This document shows, one piece after another, positions 13,582-14,179 of a DNA stretch of 14,179 bases (the stretch's first letter is position 1; each line of letters starts with the position of its first letter). Source of the stretch: Sphaerochaetaceae bacterium (lineage in GTDB: Bacteria; Spirochaetota; Spirochaetia; Sphaerochaetales; Sphaerochaetaceae); contig JAILRW010000089.1 of the NCBI GenBank assembly GCA_024698005.1, positions 1 to 14,179 on the forward strand, written 5' to 3'. The notes under the pieces were generated by a model. It saw only the letters and a program-made list of their open reading frames with translations. It was not told where the DNA came from and did no database searches. Both the position numbers and the translations under genes were made by a program.

Positions 13582-13905
13582 TCACATGATTCTGATAAGA
13601 AGCATGTAGCAAAGTGTTCCCACAATTATAGAAAGGTACATGTTCCTTCTTGTCCACTGAAGTAGGACTACAAGGAGGGATGAGATTATTTCAGGTAGAC
13701 CGAAAGGGTAAGAGGTGAAGTTACTGTTCCTGAGCAGGTAGATGACAAGGGTTGTCATTATGGCAGGTGGCAGCACTTTGCCAAGGTAAGAAAGCCACCA
13801 AGGGAGGCTTTTACCGGAAAAGAGCAGGAATGGAAGTGCTCTGAGAGTTGTTGTAACAGCTGCAATTGTCAAAATTGATACCAGGATTGTGGCTGTATCA
13901 TTCAT
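13582..13905 (-). CDS. azlD: Branched-chain amino acid transport protein AzlD
   Basis: 107-aa hydrophobic protein (LRALPFLLF...LPPAIMTTLV...) with the size and pattern of AzlD. Its ATG (13903-13905) overlaps the end of the upstream AzlC-like ORF by 8 nt. Confidence 0.8.
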   Translation of the reverse strand: MNDTATILVSILTIAAVTTTLRALPFLLFSGKSLPWWLSYLGKVLPPAIMTTLVIYLLRNSNFTSYPFGLPEIISSLLVVLLQWTRRNMYLSIIVGTLCYMLLIRIM

Positions 13906-14179
13906 ATATGATTCCCTCCTGCTTTTCTATTTTCCTGTGAAGAGTGATGAGGAGAATGGATGTGATAATGAGGGATGGGATAATGAAGTAATCCTTTCCG
14001 ATCAGCACAATCAGAACAAGGGAAACTGTTGATGCCAGGAAGAAGGGCAGTTTTGTTCTATACCTTCTTATCTGGTCTACTACAACTACTATGAAAAGGG
14101 CAGTTGCAGAGAAATCGATGCCTGCCGTATCGATACCGAATGCTCTTCCTGTGTAGGCACCGATGAAACAGCCAACAAT
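13898..14179 (-). CDS. azlC: AzlC-family branched-chain amino acid permease/exporter subunit, C-terminal part (start lies beyond the window)
   Basis: Not in the ORF track because no start codon falls in the window. My manual translation of the minus strand from 14179 gives IVGCFIGAYTGRAFGIDTAGIDFSATALFIVVVVDQIRRYRTKLPFFLAS...HRKIEKQEGIIYE, ending at the TGA at 13898-13900. It is hydrophobic, AzlC-like, and sits in the canonical azlC-azlD arrangement. Confidence 0.65.
   Translation of the reverse strand: MVGCFIGAYTGRAFGIDTAGIDFSATALFIVVVVDQIRRYRTKLPFFLASTVSLVLIVLIGKDYFIIPSLIITSILLITLHRKIEKQEGIIYE

Noticed and set aside
13293-13665. ORFs 13293-13508 (minus, 71 aa) and 13435-13665 (plus, 76 aa) in the AT-rich spacer.
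   Set aside because: The first starts at a TTG and neither has an SD. Their composition simply reflects AT-rich DNA (Ile/Leu/Phe/Lys-rich). The plus-strand ORF runs antisense into the 3' end of azlD.
1-14179. A search for CRISPR repeats, IS or transposase ends, integrase genes, tRNA/rRNA genes and long direct repeats.
   Set aside because: I saw none. There are no regularly spaced repeats, no transposase- or recombinase-like ORFs and no cloverleaf-like segments. Every large ORF is accounted for by metabolic or transport genes.

Overview
Nearly the whole window (694-14179) is one tightly packed minus-strand gene cluster themed on branched-chain amino acids (BCAA), in a low-GC Firmicute/Clostridia-style genome. 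The only plus-strand gene is a 3' fragment at 1-585 (DUF4037-like). In transcription order (right to left): azlC (partial) and azlD; a 412-bp AT-rich spacer with a sigma-A-like promoter; a catalytically degenerate 2-isopropylmalate-synthase-like protein; a xylose-isomerase-like TIM barrel fused to an AMP-forming acyl-CoA ligase; a complete T-box riboswitch with a probable AUC (Ile) specifier; an XRE-HTH plus cupin module fused to an ACSM-type medium-chain acyl-CoA synthetase; a C-N hydrolase (omega-amidase-like); a class IV BCAA aminotransferase; a P-loop NTPase; a four-subunit (delta-alpha-beta-gamma) VOR/KOR-type 2-oxoacid:ferredoxin oxidoreductase; a strong intrinsic terminator; and an Amidohydro_2 hydrolase. 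Main hypothesis (inference): the T-box-gated genes encode a starvation-induced route that activates a branched short-chain acid such as 2-methylbutyrate to its CoA ester, reductively carboxylates it to the 2-oxoacid, and transaminates it to the BCAA, probably Ile. Three metabolite-sensor-like modules sit around this route: the T-box RNA, the HTH-cupin, and a LeuA-type regulatory domain on a dead synthase. I saw no rRNA, tRNA, CRISPR array or mobile element. All family assignments rest on motif recognition by eye, not on database searches.
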